Positions 25,083-37,924 of a stretch of DNA of 64,000 nt are shown here, piece by piece. The DNA is from Octopus vulgaris (Eukaryota). Numbering within the stretch: the first letter of the stretch is position 1; every line of letters starts with the position of its first letter. The notes below the pieces were generated by a model, which saw only the letters and a program-made list of their open reading frames with translations, did no database searches and was not told where the DNA came from. The translations under genes were made by a program, and so were the position numbers. The DNA is taken from positions 18,228,001-18,292,000 of the forward strand of contig OX597827.1 of the NCBI GenBank assembly GCA_951406725.2, read 5' to 3'.

Positions 25083-25175
<93 letters not shown>

Positions 25176-25483
25176 CGCAAAATAAATCGGTGCGTCGCAG
25201 ACTTCAATGTGACGGGTTGGGGTATTTTTTCATCGCGGTAATACGTGCTGAGGAAGGTAAGGCTATAATGCCAGTCCAGAAACCAGTCCACGTGAGTCCA
25301 AATACTAGAAAACATATAGCTAGATGCTATATAGGTATGCTGAATGATTTTCTTGACCCGTTTGTTCGCATACGCTTGGTTGACTACTGTAGTTATTATC
25401 AGTGTTAATTTTTCGGCGGTTTAAATAAGAGTTTTGGCTGTTATTTCCAGCAGGTAGACATACTCAGTATGTCCTTTGATTAT

Positions 25484-25644
25484 GGAGTGGCTGTGTGGTA
25501 AGTAGCTTACTTACGAACCACATGGTCCCGGGTTCAGTCCCACTGCGTGGTACCTTGGGCAAGTGTCTTCTACAATAGGCTCCGGCCGACCAAAGCCTTG
25601 TGAGTGGATTTGGTAGACGGAAACTGGAAGAAGCTCGTCGTATA

Positions 25645-25699
<55 letters not shown>

Positions 25700-25900
25700 C
25701 TGTTTTTCCCCCAGCATCGCTTGACAACCGATGCCTGTGTGTTTACGCCCCCGTAACTTAGCGGTTCGGCAAAAGAGACCGATAGAATAAGTACTAGGCT
25801 TACAAAGAATAAGCTCTGGGATCGATTTGCTCGACTATAAAAGGCGGTGCTCCAGTATGGCCGCAGTCAAATGACTGAAACAAGTAAAAGAGTAAAAGAG
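25484..25900 (+). mobile_element. SINE-A
   Basis: Full head, internal (TG)n, tail. Confidence 0.88.
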
Positions 25901-27357
25901 TATACAAACAGCCACGCGCAATGTGATACCATAAAGCAAATATTCAATCGTCACTAAGTGTGACAAAGGGTGCCGGAACACCTACATTGCTAGAAATAAG
26001 AGTTAAAATATTCTTAATGCTGTAAGAGGAGCGCAAAAAGTATAGACACAAGCTGACAGGAGAAAGAAACCGCCCCATGACCGCTTCGAGGATCCTCGGA
26101 CTAGATCTAGTTTAGCCTGTGACTTTAGGCATCGCCAGTGAGGGCTTCTCTCTGCCAGCATATATGCATTATCCACTTGTATCATCTCTGGTGAAAGGTG
26201 GGAGAGTCCAGTTTGCTGGACATTGTTGTAGAGGTAGTTACAACTACCATTATTACACATAGATGCATGTTGTAGTAACATAGTTCTACATAGGACTTTC
26301 CACTTTACGCTGACAGATAGACTTTACTAGATAATACTGTTACTGCATAGATCTCATTCAGAGATTTAAAACTAGTGGAAGTCCTATGTAGGACTATGTT
26401 ACTACTATTTAACCCCAGGAAAACGTCTTTTCCAGATGGTTATCGACACATGGTCTATGTCCGAGATACTGTAAGTAAAGAAGCTTACTACCCACTTCTA
26501 GGCCGTACGATGCCAGTAGACCAATGGCTTCTGAGTAATTTTCCGTCTTCGATACTAGACTAGCCACCGGTTATATTAATAAAATAGTCACACAGAAATA
26601 GAAATATATATAAATTAAGCAGAAAGCCAGGAAAATCAAGAAAGCGAGAGTTCGTAGTAATTCTTCATAGATAGGTATATATTCTAAGGATTCGTACTCC
26701 TATGTCACATATAAAAGAGGAGAATCCAAGTAGTCCGTCGAGAGTGTTCTTCTTACATAGGTTAGTAGAAGTCCGTGGATTTCATGCTCGAATCTCACGA
26801 AAAGTGAATTGAGGACATTGGTAATTCTTAACAGCTGTTTCTGGGGCTTGGTATACACTGAATGCAGTAATGTGCATTGTGTCTACATAAATTGTTGTTA
26901 CCGAAATTATATAAAATAACTCAAGTTTACATTATATGAACGACTCATCTCATCTACAGTAGGGTACGTATGTATCTATGCATATATGTGTATATGTGTG
27001 TGTATATGTATGTATGTATCTATCTATATATATATAAAGCACGCTAGTGACCAAAGTGATGGAAATAGTTGTGATGCTGTATAAGCCCAGGTCAGCCCTG
27101 TCCGGCAAACTTATTGGTGGAGTTGTGATAGCCCAAGGTTAGCCATGATCTAGTAATCTTATACGTTTTGCCTCGACCCAGCAGATCTATTAATAATATT
27201 GTGTCACTGCTCTGACTCCAGATCAGTAAAAGAATTAAAGAATAAATGCAAAAAGGAAATATTTCCCGCGATGTGGGTACACACATACATACACTTACCG
27301 GTTTCAACACATTCGTAGGTTGTAGGAAAAGTATACTATGAAGTATTACTTCATAGA

Positions 27358-27529
27358 AGGCGTAGTAGTGGCTGTGTGGTAAGTAGCTTGCTTACCAACC
27401 ACATGGTTCCGGGTTCAGTCCCATTGCGTGGCACCTTGGGCAAGTGTCTTCTACTATAGCCTCAGGCCGACCAAAGCCTTGTGAGTGGATTTGGTTGGCG
27501 GAAACTGAAAAAAGCCCGTCGTATATATG

Positions 27530-27575
<46 letters not shown>

Positions 27576-27800
27576 AGTGTCTGTGTTGCACCCCCCCAAC
27601 ATCGCTTGACAACCGATGCTGGTGTGTTTACGTCCCCGTCACCTAGCGGTTCGGCAAAAGACACCGATAGAATAAGTACTAGGCTTACAAAGAATAAGTC
27701 CTGGGGTCGATTCACTCGACTAAAGGCGGTGCTCCAGCATGGCCACAATCACATGACTGAAACAAGTAAAAGAGTAAAAGAGTAAAGAGTAAAGAGTAAA
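27358..27800 (+). mobile_element. SINE-A
   Basis: Full head, internal microsatellite, AAAGAGT tail. Confidence 0.88.
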
Positions 27801-28489
27801 GAAAGAATGTTTAATTAATATATTTAAGATAATTTCATACTGATGATTTCAAAAAGAACGAAATGATACTATACAGGAATACCACTGTCTAGAAATTTTT
27901 GAAATTTGGTAATAAGTATGCAAATATGTGGGGGGACGAGGTTATTCTATGCAAGTCCCTTATTCTTTATTTTCAAATTCAAACTTCTAAACCGTCAAAT
28001 ATGAAAAAAATGATCGTCTCCCTTGTATTAACTGTCTTCTATGGGACACCGCGTATATAAATTGAGCTTTTTTAAATTAAAATATTCCCCGACTTTATGC
28101 CCCCCCCCCCGTTCTGTATTTTCTGGATCTCCAGAAAAGGGTTAATTGATGCGGTGCGGACATTCCTATGTTAATGTAGGATGCTCATTAAAGAACCTCA
28201 ATTCTGGATGATTTAGAAGCGATCGTGAAGGCTCTAGATGTGCACTGTTCATGACTACGTGTTGTTCGTGGGTCCAAAATGGGGATGGTAGATATATAAT
28301 ATCGGTTGGGCGTAGGGAGTAGGGATAAGGATGTTGGTGATGATGGTAGTGGAAATAGTGATGATAATGGCGAATGTGTTGAAACCGGTAAGTGTATCTA
28401 TGTGTGTACCCACATATGGCGGGAAATATTTAAATGGATTTACATCGAGTAAATATTGCTTCTTCTCACACACCCCCACCGCATGCATG

Positions 28490-28559
28490 CATAGACAGAT
28501 AGGAAGACAGCCAGACACACAGACAGACAGATGTGTAGGTATGTAGGTATGTAGGTATG

Positions 28560-28638
<79 letters not shown>

Positions 28639-28838
28639 GTAGGTAGGTAGGTAGGTAGGTAGGTAGGTAGGTAGGTAGGTAGGTAGCTAGCTAGCTAGCT
28701 AGCTAGGTAGGTAGGTAGGTAGGTAAGTGGATAGATAGATAGACAGACAGACAGATGTATAGGTATGTAGGTATGTAGGTATATAGGTATGTAGGTATGG
28801 AGATAGATAGATGAATATATAGATAGATAAATAGATAA

Positions 28839-28897
<59 letters not shown>

Positions 28898-28984
28898 CAT
28901 ACATACATACATACATACATACATTGACAGACAGACAGACAGATAGATGTGTAGGTATGTAGGTTAATAGGTATGTAGGTATGG

Positions 28985-29062
<78 letters not shown>

Positions 29063-29139
29063 GCAGACAGACAGACAGATAAACGCAGAATACATTTATA
29101 TGCCACTCACATACATACATACATAAATATATACACACA

Positions 29140-29175
<36 letters not shown>

Positions 29176-29211
29176 TGTATGTATGTATGTATGTATGTAT
29201 GTATGTATGCG

Positions 29212-29247
<36 letters not shown>

Positions 29248-29536
29248 TAAATGTATGTATATATGCATATATATATAATGCACAGACACAAATGCATATA
29301 TGTAGACATGTATAGAGGAGCATACATGTATACATGGTAATGTACATCTACAATACAAATATATATACATAACCTACATGCACATAGATAATATACATAG
29401 ACAGATATAGCAAAAGGTACATAATACGCTTCATCATAGAACATAGATGATTACATGAATATGTGCTTACGCGGGTCTCTCTAACTCCCTCTCTCTCTCT
29501 ATGCATATATATATATATATATATATATAGTATATG

Positions 29537-29567
<31 letters not shown>

Positions 29568-29686
29568 ATGTATAGGCATATTTGTATATATATATATATA
29601 TATATATATAATATGTATATATATATGTATATATATATATATGTATATTTGAATATATATGTGTGATGTGTGTATGTGCGTGTATA

Positions 29687-29724
<38 letters not shown>

Positions 29725-29760
29725 TGTGTTTGTGCGTGTGTGTACGTATGTATATATGTA
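28490..29760. repeat. Compound GATA/GGTA/GTAGGTAT/TATG/TA/TG microsatellite block
   Basis: Seen directly. Confidence 0.93.
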
Positions 29761-30208
29761 CGCACGCAGAGTGTATATATGGAGGAGAAAGCAGGAAATT
29801 CTCTTGCTCTATGCTCGAACGAGTTAATTAAATATTAAGAAAAACACATTCAACCACGCTGATATGGCGGAGTGAAAGAATAGATATTTTTTCCTGTGTC
29901 TACTTAAGAGAGAAGGCGCCAAAATATCTAGGAAAGGCAGAAGGAAGGCGAAAGAGAGAAAGACAGACAGACAGAGAGAGAGGGGGAGGGGATATAGGGG
30001 AAGAGCAGGAGAGAGAGTAAGACAGAGTGGAAGTGTAAGACGTACAGGCAGGGATATTCGGACAGATTTTCTTTCTTTTTTTTTTTTGTACTTTTTTACA
30101 ATTTGCTTTGCTTTTTTTTTTTTTTAAATACTTTTTCGTTTTATTTATAAAATTTTTTTTTGGTTTGTTTTTTTTTGTTTTTAACTGTATTGTTTATACT
30201 TTTATTAT

Positions 30209-30982
30209 TGGCAGAACCGTTAGCGCACCGGGCGAAATGCGTAGCCGTAATTTCGTCTGCCGTTACGTTCTGAGTTCAAACTCCACCGAGGTCGACTTTG
30301 CCTTTCATCCTTTCGGGGTCGTTTAAATAAGTACCAGTTACGCACTGGGGTCGATGTTATCGACTTAATCCGTTTGTCTGTCCTTGTTTGTCCCCCCTGG
30401 GTGTAGCCCCTTGTGGGTAGTAAAGAAATAGGTATTTCGCCTGCCGCTACGTTCTGAGTTCAAATTCCGCCGAGGTCGACTTTGCTTTCCATCCTTTCGG
30501 GGTCGATAAATTAAGTACCAGTTACGCACTGGGGTCGATGTTATCGACTTAATCCGTTTGTCTGTCCTTGTTTGTCCCCCCTGGGTGTAGCCCCTTGTGG
30601 GTAGTAAAGAAATAGGTATTTCGCCTGCCGCTACGTTCTGAGTTCAAATTCCGCCGAGGTCGACTTTGCTTTCCATCCTTTCGGGGTCGATAAATTAAGT
30701 ACCAGTTACGCACTGGGGTCGATATAATCGACTTAATCCGTTTGTCTGTGCTTGTTTGTCCCCTCTGTGTTTGGCCCCTTGTGGGTAGTAAAGAAATAGG
30801 TATTTCGTCTGTCTTTACGTTCTGAGTTCAAATTCCACCGACGTCGACTTTGCTTTTCATCCTTTCGGGGTCGATTAAATAAGTACCAGTTACGCACTGG
30901 GGTCGATGTAATTGACTTTGTCCCTTTGTCTGTCCTTGTTTGTCCCCTCTATGTTTAGCCCCTTGTGGGCAATAAAGAAATA
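30209..30982 (+). mobile_element. SINE-B tandem array: one head + four bodies, 184-bp period
   Basis: Units restart at GGTATTTCG at 30431, 30615 and 30799. Confidence 0.92.
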
Positions 30983-31029
30983 GGCATCGTAAGCACGCCG
31001 AACAAAAAAGTTTAGTGGTGTTTTGTCCG

Positions 31030-31275
31030 TCTTTGGTTTTTGAGTTCAAATTCCGCCAATGCTGACCTTGCCTTTCGTCCTTCGGGGTCGATATATAAAG
31101 TACCAGTGAAAGGCGTGATCGACCAGTCCCTTCAACCTTCTCCTACAGAAAACTACAGGCCTTGTGTGCCTATTGTAGAAAGGATTGTTGTTGTTGTTTG
31201 GCGAGCTGGCAGAATCATTAGCACGCTGGACGAAATGCTTAGTGGTATTTCGCCAGTCGCTGCGTTCTGAGTTTA
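31030..31275 (+). mobile_element. Diverged SINE-B fragments (alternative tail, then a head)
   Basis: GAGTTCAAATTCCGCC..GGCCTTGTGTGCCTATTGTAGAAAGG, then GGCGAGCTGGCAGAATC. Confidence 0.65.
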
Positions 31276-31326
31276 TAATCTGAGCAAGACACTCTCAATG
31301 GAATGTGACCAAATGAAGTTCATTTT

Positions 31327-31750
31327 CTAATATAGTTCCTCTTACTGTCCACACACTTCCATAAATAGTTGCAGTGCTTGGGTCGCACTGGTGAAGAAGC
31401 TTTTCTCTTGATCAAAATGGTCATCAACAACAGATGAGATGTTCTCATCATAGTGATACTGGTGCTCAGCTGAGTGTTTTTCTATGTTGGGAAACAGATG
31501 ATAACCAGAAGGAACCAAATCACTAACATAGGGAGGATGATCAACAAGTTCAAAGCCAGTCACACACAGCAGCCATTGAAATCAAGGACTTGTGTGCTGA
31601 AGCATTGTCTTAATGAAACAAGACCCCATTCATCGGTTTTTCTGGGTGGTTGGTGTTGATAGCCTTTCATAACTGCCTTAGGAAGTTGGCATTGAAATTT
31701 TCCATTGATGGTGTGATCGTTTTGAAGATAGCCAATAAACACAATATTTT
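31327..31750 (-). pseudogene. Decayed mariner (Tc1/mariner DD34D-type) transposase C-terminus
   Basis: GFELVDHPPYVSDLVPSGYHLFPN matches the mariner HPPYSPDLAPSDY.LF motif. Upstream GYLQNDHTING. Frameshifted. Confidence 0.88.
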
Positions 31751-32069
31751 TTTGCATTACTGCATAGTATATGTAATAATGTGAAGTATATTTTGCATAT
31801 TAAAATGTTTAATTTTGGAAATGTATTAAGCAGAGCTAACATAAGCAGTAAAAATACAAGTTGCAAGTATTTCAAAATGTGGGACACTACATGACAAAAA
31901 CTAACAAAAAAAAAGGAAGAAAATAGTGGTGCTTGTGTTCCAAAGATACGATGAGAAGGTTCAGGAGAAGGATAGAGAGATAGGGTAGAGGGAAGGAAGT
32001 TAGAAGGAAAGAAAAGAATGAAAACTGAAACGATAAACTGGGGATCTGAAATGAGTACGAGGCAGGAAA

Positions 32070-32255
32070 TTGGCCCCTGTGCCGGTGGCACGTAAAAAAA
32101 GCACCCACTACACTCAAAGAGTGGTCGGCGTTAGGAAGGGCATCAAGCTGTAGAAACACTGCCAGATCAGATTGGGGCCTGGTGCCGCCTCCTGGTTTCC
32201 CAGGCGCCCCAGTCGAACCTATGCCAGCATGGAAACTGGACATTAAACGATGATG
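32070..32255 (+). mobile_element. 3' fragment of another SINE-like repeat with GAT tail
   Basis: GC-rich island GGCGTTAGGAAGGGCATC..GCCAGCATGGAAA..TAAACGATGATG. Recognised from memory of SINE tails; single copy here. Confidence 0.5.
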
Positions 32256-32689
32256 TCTTACCTATGCACTGGTCAAGTAGAAAAACGATGAGTGATAAAA
32301 AAAAATTGGATTGTTTTTTGGTATCAAAAAAGTGAAGAAAGAGAGTAGAGAAAGTTAGGGAAGAGCAAGTAGGAAGAAAGAGAGAGTGCGGAGAAATAAG
32401 TAAATAAAGATAGACAGTAGGTAGTTGACAGAGATGGACAGAGGAAGAAATGGAAGGCAGTAAAGAGAGAAATGAAGCAGATAGGTAGAGAGGTAGATAG
32501 AGGGGAGAGGAGAAGGACAGGGAAATAGATAGAAAAGAGAGAGTCTTGCGCCAAATATTGAACACTGTGTAGGGTACTGAGTGGGAACAGAAGTGGGTGT
32601 GTGACATTACATTGAGTAACAGCCATAAAATGTTGCACAGAAAGTCAACACACACACATATATAATGATGAAGGAAATTGTTGTATACA

Positions 32690-33535
32690 GTGCTCAGGTG
32701 CACTACAACTAAAAAGAAAAAAATGGCCATCAGGTGTACTGTTGGCGGATTTCAGGACACACGGAAGTTTTGAAGGATGTAGTGTCTTGACAGCTAACAA
32801 CTGATGCGGGTGGTTTATTCCATGCTTCTGCAATTCTGAGCATGAAAAATTGTTTCCGAAAGTCATGGGTGCTGGGTTGTTTTATGGTTTTATAAGCATG
32901 TCCGTGGGTGATTGTCATATGGAATTCAAAAAGGGACCCAAGGTTGTTGCTGGAAATATGGTGGATAATCTTGTGGGTGTCAATCAAGTCAGTTGCCAGA
33001 AGTCTGAGCTTCAATAAATCCATGCCCAGGAATGCAACACGTTCAGAGTATGGTGGATGTCTGACGGCGGTGTTCGCTTTCTTGCACATTTCTGAACAGT
33101 TTCCAAGAGATTTATATGCTGAGCAAAAGAGGGGTTCCAAACTGGTGATGCAAATTCCAAGTGTGGACATACCAATGTCGTATACAATTATAAATAGATA
33201 GCTGGAGAGTGGCTGACAAATGTCTTACTGAGTGATGCTAGCACCCCCTCAGCCGTTTTGACAATCATAGATATTGGCTTCTCCAATGCAGATTGTTGTT
33301 TACAATAATACCCAGATCATGTTCACTAGAAGACTTCTTGAGATTGGTGTTGCTGAGGAGGTATGTAAAGGCTGGATATTTCCTCCCAAAATGCATAGTG
33401 ACACACTTGTCTTCGGTTAGTTGGAGTTGCCAGTCAGAGGTCCACTGCTGCATTGTATCCAGGTCTGATTGCAGGATAGGATCTGTTCTTTTTATTCCAA
33501 GGTACAGCTTGGTGTCATCTGCATATTTCAGCAGA
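32690..33535 (-). mobile_element. Decayed CR1-like LINE 3' part (RT C-terminus)
   Basis: KYADDTKLY..LQSDLDTMQQWTSDWQL..DLGIIV..LRLLATDL..HGHAYK..FFMLRIAEAWNK. Frameshifted. Confidence 0.85.
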
Positions 33536-33539
33536 TGGT

Positions 33540-35248
33540 GGAGTTGCAGTGTACATCCGAGATTACCTCACGTCCCAGGTCCTGTTGTCATATTCACACT
33601 CAGTGAGTGACACTCAAATTGTACACATAAGACAACTGAATATCGCCATATGTACTACATATCGCCCACCGGATGCCCCAAATCACACAGGCATGTTTGA
33701 AGACTGCCTAACAAAAATAGGAGACGTTATCGCCAAACTAGAACAACACAACAGTGTATTCTTCATGGGTGACTTTAACTTCCCCAATGTGGAAAGGCCT
33801 CGGGGACAGATACCCCCAGGGATGAGACACCATCAGCAAGCACAAGCAGAGTCCCTGCTCCACCTCACAAATGCCTCTTTCATGGAGCAAATTGTGCTGC
33901 AACCAACCAGGGCAAATAATACACTGGATCTCTGCTTCACAAAGAATATGGACATTATCCATAATGTTAAAGTGATGCCGACATTGGTCTCGGATCACAA
34001 CATAATAGAGCTGTCTCAGTATGGACCAAAAGCCCCCGCAGACGCACAGCCTATACGAAGCATCCACAATCTCTCCAAACTAAACTTTCATAAAGCAAAT
34101 TGGAAGTTGATTGAGAAAAAGATACTCAAACAGGATTGGCCTAAATTTCTCTCCACACCGGACATTTACATGAAACACAAAGGGTTTCATGTCCATAATA
34201 CAAGCCATATGTGACAAATATGTCCCAGTGTGCAGGGCCAGCACACACAAAAACAGGATCCCTAGGGAAAGGAAGATCCTTATGAGACGACGGACAACGA
34301 TTGCGAACCGCCTGAGCAAGCGCCTGAGAAGTCTCGCCTCGAGAGAATGCTAATGGAAATTGAGAAAAGTCTGCATCAGTCTCATGAAAAGGAGAGAGCA
34401 GATAAAGTAGCTTGGGTTATAGAAAATATCAAATCAAACCCTAAAGCTTTCTTTAAGTTTACCAAAGAGACGGCCACAGTGCGCCAGAGGATAGGACCTC
34501 TCTTCCAAAAAGATGCTTCCCTCACAAGAAATCCCATGAGGATAAGAGAAATACTGAACGAACAGTTCCGAAGTGTATTCACTACACCTCTAGGACACAG
34601 GCAAGTAAACAAACCAGAAGAATTCTTTGCCACTTTACCTGTAGCCAAAGAGGCAAAAATTGAGTACATCAACATTGAAGATGATGATATCACACTGGCC
34701 ATAGATGAGATTGACACAAACTCAGCTGCTGGACCTGATGGACTTCCAGCGATCCTTCTGAAATCGTGCAAACGAGCCCTTGCAAAACCACTACAGCTTC
34801 TTTTTCAGAGCTCTCTTGCAAGTGGCAAGCTCCCAGTCAAATTGAAAGTAGGGATAATATGCTCTATCCATAAAGGAGGAAGCAGAGCAGATGCTAAAAA
34901 TTATAGGCCTATCTCTCTGACCTCACACATCAGCAAAGTCATGGAACGAATAGTCCGCAAGAAACTAATCATTTTCCTTGAAGAAAATGACTTGCTGACT
35001 GACACCCAGCATGGATTTCGACCAGGTAGAAACTGTCTTACACAGCTCCTGCAACGCTATGACTGGGTGTTAAAACAGCTACTAAATGGCTCAAGTGTAG
35101 ATGTAATATATCTCGACTTTGCAAAAGCCTTTGATAAAGTCGACTATGGTATGATCTGTTACAAACTGCGTGATCTCGACATAGGCGGAAAACTTGGAGA
35201 GTGGCTGCACAACTTCCTAAAAGATAGAAGGCAAACAGTGGTGGTCAA
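33540..35248 (+). mobile_element. Decayed CR1-like LINE internal part (APE C-half + RT N-half)
   Basis: YRPP, MGDFNFP, PTR.NNTLDL, SDH; then [29 protein letters not shown]. Frameshifted, cut off at (TA)n. Confidence 0.9.
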
Positions 35249-35296
35249 TATGTATATATATATATATATGTATATATATGTATGTATATATGTATG

Positions 35297-35358
<62 letters not shown>

Positions 35359-35585
35359 CATATATATACATATATATATACATATATATACATATATATA
35401 TATACATATTTATATATATATACATATACACACACACACGCATATATATATATATACATATATATGCATACATATCTATACACACACACACACACATACA
35501 CATATATATATATATATACATACACACACACACATATATATATATATATAATATATATATATATGTGAGTGAGTGAGTGAATGAG
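35249..35585. repeat. (TA)/(CA) compound microsatellite
   Basis: Seen directly. Confidence 0.93.
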
Positions 35586-35589
35586 TGTC

Positions 35590-35822
35590 TTTGTATCTGT
35601 GTTTGTCCCCCTCCCCCAACATCGCTTGACAACAGATGCTGGTGTTTTTACGTGCCCGTAACATTAGCGGTTCGGCAAAAGACAACGATAGAATAAGTAC
35701 TAGGCTTACAAAGAATAAGTCCTGAAGTCGATTTGCTCGACTAAAAGGCGGTGCTCCAGCATGGCCACAGTCACATGACTGAAACAAGTAAAAGAGTAAG
35801 AGTAAACGAGAGAGTAAAGAGA
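35590..35822 (+). mobile_element. SINE-A 3' half
   Basis: Matches the SINE-A 3' region; head absent. Confidence 0.85.
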
Positions 35823-35991
35823 GTTTGAGTTTAGTTTCATATTGAGTTTGAGTGTAGTTCGATGGAGTTTGATCTCAACGATTATATAAGTGCACACTCT
35901 GGCTGCCCCTACAAATTAGAAGACTAATTCGTAGCTGTAAGACAAAACAACAACAAAAAAACGTTTGCAAAAATACAAAATAAAATATAAA

Positions 35992-36365
35992 TGTGGCTGT
36001 GTGGTAAGTAGCTTGCTTACCAACCACACGGTTGCGGGTTCAGTCCCACTGCGTGGCATCTTGGGCAAGTGTCTTCTACTATAGCCCCGGGCCGACCAAT
36101 GCCTTGTGAGTGGATTTGGTAGACGGAAACTGAAAGAAGCCTGTCGTATATATGTATATATATGTATATGTAAGTGTGTGTTTGTGTGTCTGTGTTTGTG
36201 TTTGTCCCCCTAGCATTGCTTGACAACCGATGCTGGTGTGTTTACGTCCCCGTCACTTAGCGGTTCGGCAAAAAGAGACCGATAGAATAAGTACTAAAAG
36301 GCGGTGCTCCAGCATGGCCGCAGTCAAATGACTGAAACAAGTAAAAGAGTAAAAGAGAGAAAAGA
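35992..36365 (+). mobile_element. SINE-A with internal deletion
   Basis: Head, body and tail present. Confidence 0.88.
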
Positions 36366-36644
36366 GTATGTAAGTACTAATATCAAGAAAATATAAGAGG
36401 CAAACGGTAAGATTATCTCGACGGTAGAGAACTTAATGTTAGAAACTAAACGAACAAAAACTGTAAATACTATCACGTTACACGAATCGACGTACACAGG
36501 GTAAATGATATGTTGAGACATCATCATCAACTTTACATTACGTGTATGTGTATGTGTGTGAATGTGTGTCTGTCTGTGTGTCTGTCTGTGTGTCTGTACG
36601 TGTGCGCATGCGTTTATATCTGTATGTGTGTGTGTCTATAGACT

Positions 36645-37000
36645 TTCTTTACTTGTTTCAGTCATTTTGACTGTGGCCCTGCTGCAGCACCGCCTTTTTA
36701 GTCGCGCAAAATCGACCCCCAGGACTTATTCTTTGTAAGCCTAGTACTTTTATTCTATCGGTGTCTTTTGCCGAACCGCTAGGTGACGGGGACGTAAACA
36801 CACCCGGCATCGGTTGTCAAGCGATGTTGGGGGGGGGGGGGACAAACACAGACACACAAACATATACAAAAACACATATATATATATATATACATATATA
36901 CGACGGGCTTCCTTCGGTTTCTGTCTACAAATCTACTCACAAAGCTTTGGTCGGCCCGAGGCTATAGTAGAAGACACTTGCTACTTACCACACAGCCATT
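36645..37000 (-). mobile_element. SINE-A, inverted, with deletion in the head
   Basis: Reverse-complement match. Confidence 0.85.
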
Positions 37001-37042
37001 CCTTTATATATATACTCACAAATATATGCATATACACACGCA

Positions 37043-37132
<90 letters not shown>

Positions 37133-37140
37133 TGTATATA

Positions 37141-37190
<50 letters not shown>

Positions 37191-37455
37191 TATACATAAA
37201 ATTTATATATATACATAAAATTTTCGAAAAAATATATATACATAAAATTTTCGAAAAAATTTTATCAATGGCCAGCACATTAAAAAAATACCCTTAAAGG
37301 TTAAATTTATAAACAACTTATAAACAAAGGCAAAAGAAAAAAATTTCAATGCCAAATATGCCGAAATAGACTTAATCGTCAATAACCATATAATTTATCC
37401 CTATAAGCACGCGTCTCGAAAGCAAGCCGACAGAGATTTCTAAAAAAATTCGTCA

Positions 37456-37517
37456 TTATCGGATAGGTCCCAATTTCTGAGTTAATTCATTTAGAATTTT
37501 CTCGTCATCAGCGATAA
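37456..37517 (-). ncRNA. Type I hammerhead motif in the left foldback arm
   Basis: UUAUCG-CUGAUGA-c-GAG..AAUUC uaaau GAAUU..CUC-a-GAAA-UUGGGACCUA-UC-CGAUAA. 6-bp stem I, AUC triplet. Confidence 0.7.
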
Positions 37518-37667
37518 ATACGATAAGACAATAAATGAGATACTTACTTGTACCCATGGAAGAAGTAAACACAAGTCATGAGCACACTTAAGTACCCCCA
37601 AATATATCCAAAATAGAATTTCCACAGCATACGTAAGTAATTATCTCATTTATTTTCTTATCGTATT

Positions 37668-37729
37668 TTTTCGCTGATGACGAGAAAATTCTAAATGAAT
37701 AAACTCAGAAATTGGGACCGATCCGTTAA
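37668..37729 (+). ncRNA. Hammerhead motif in the right foldback arm (stem I decayed)
   Basis: Mirror copy of 37456-37517. Confidence 0.55.
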
Positions 37730-37924
37730 TAACGACATTTTTTAGAAATTTCCATCGGCTTGCTTTCGAGACGCCTGCTTATAGTGATAAATTATATGGT
37801 TATTGACGATTAAGTCTATTTCGGCATATTTGGCATTGAAATTTTTTTGTTTTGCCCTTGTTTATATATATATATATAAAGTAAATAATGGAGTTGAACG
37901 CAGGTGTTATTCAAATTCTTTTAA

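Larger units (their letters stand above)
37320..37866. repeat. Foldback: ~230-bp imperfect inverted arms with ~85-bp spacer
   Basis: 37320-37549 is the reverse complement of ~37635-37866. Confidence 0.9.

Noticed and set aside
30209-30982. CRISPR-like array
   Set aside because: Units are contiguous 184-bp SINE bodies without unique spacers; eukaryotic context, no cas genes.
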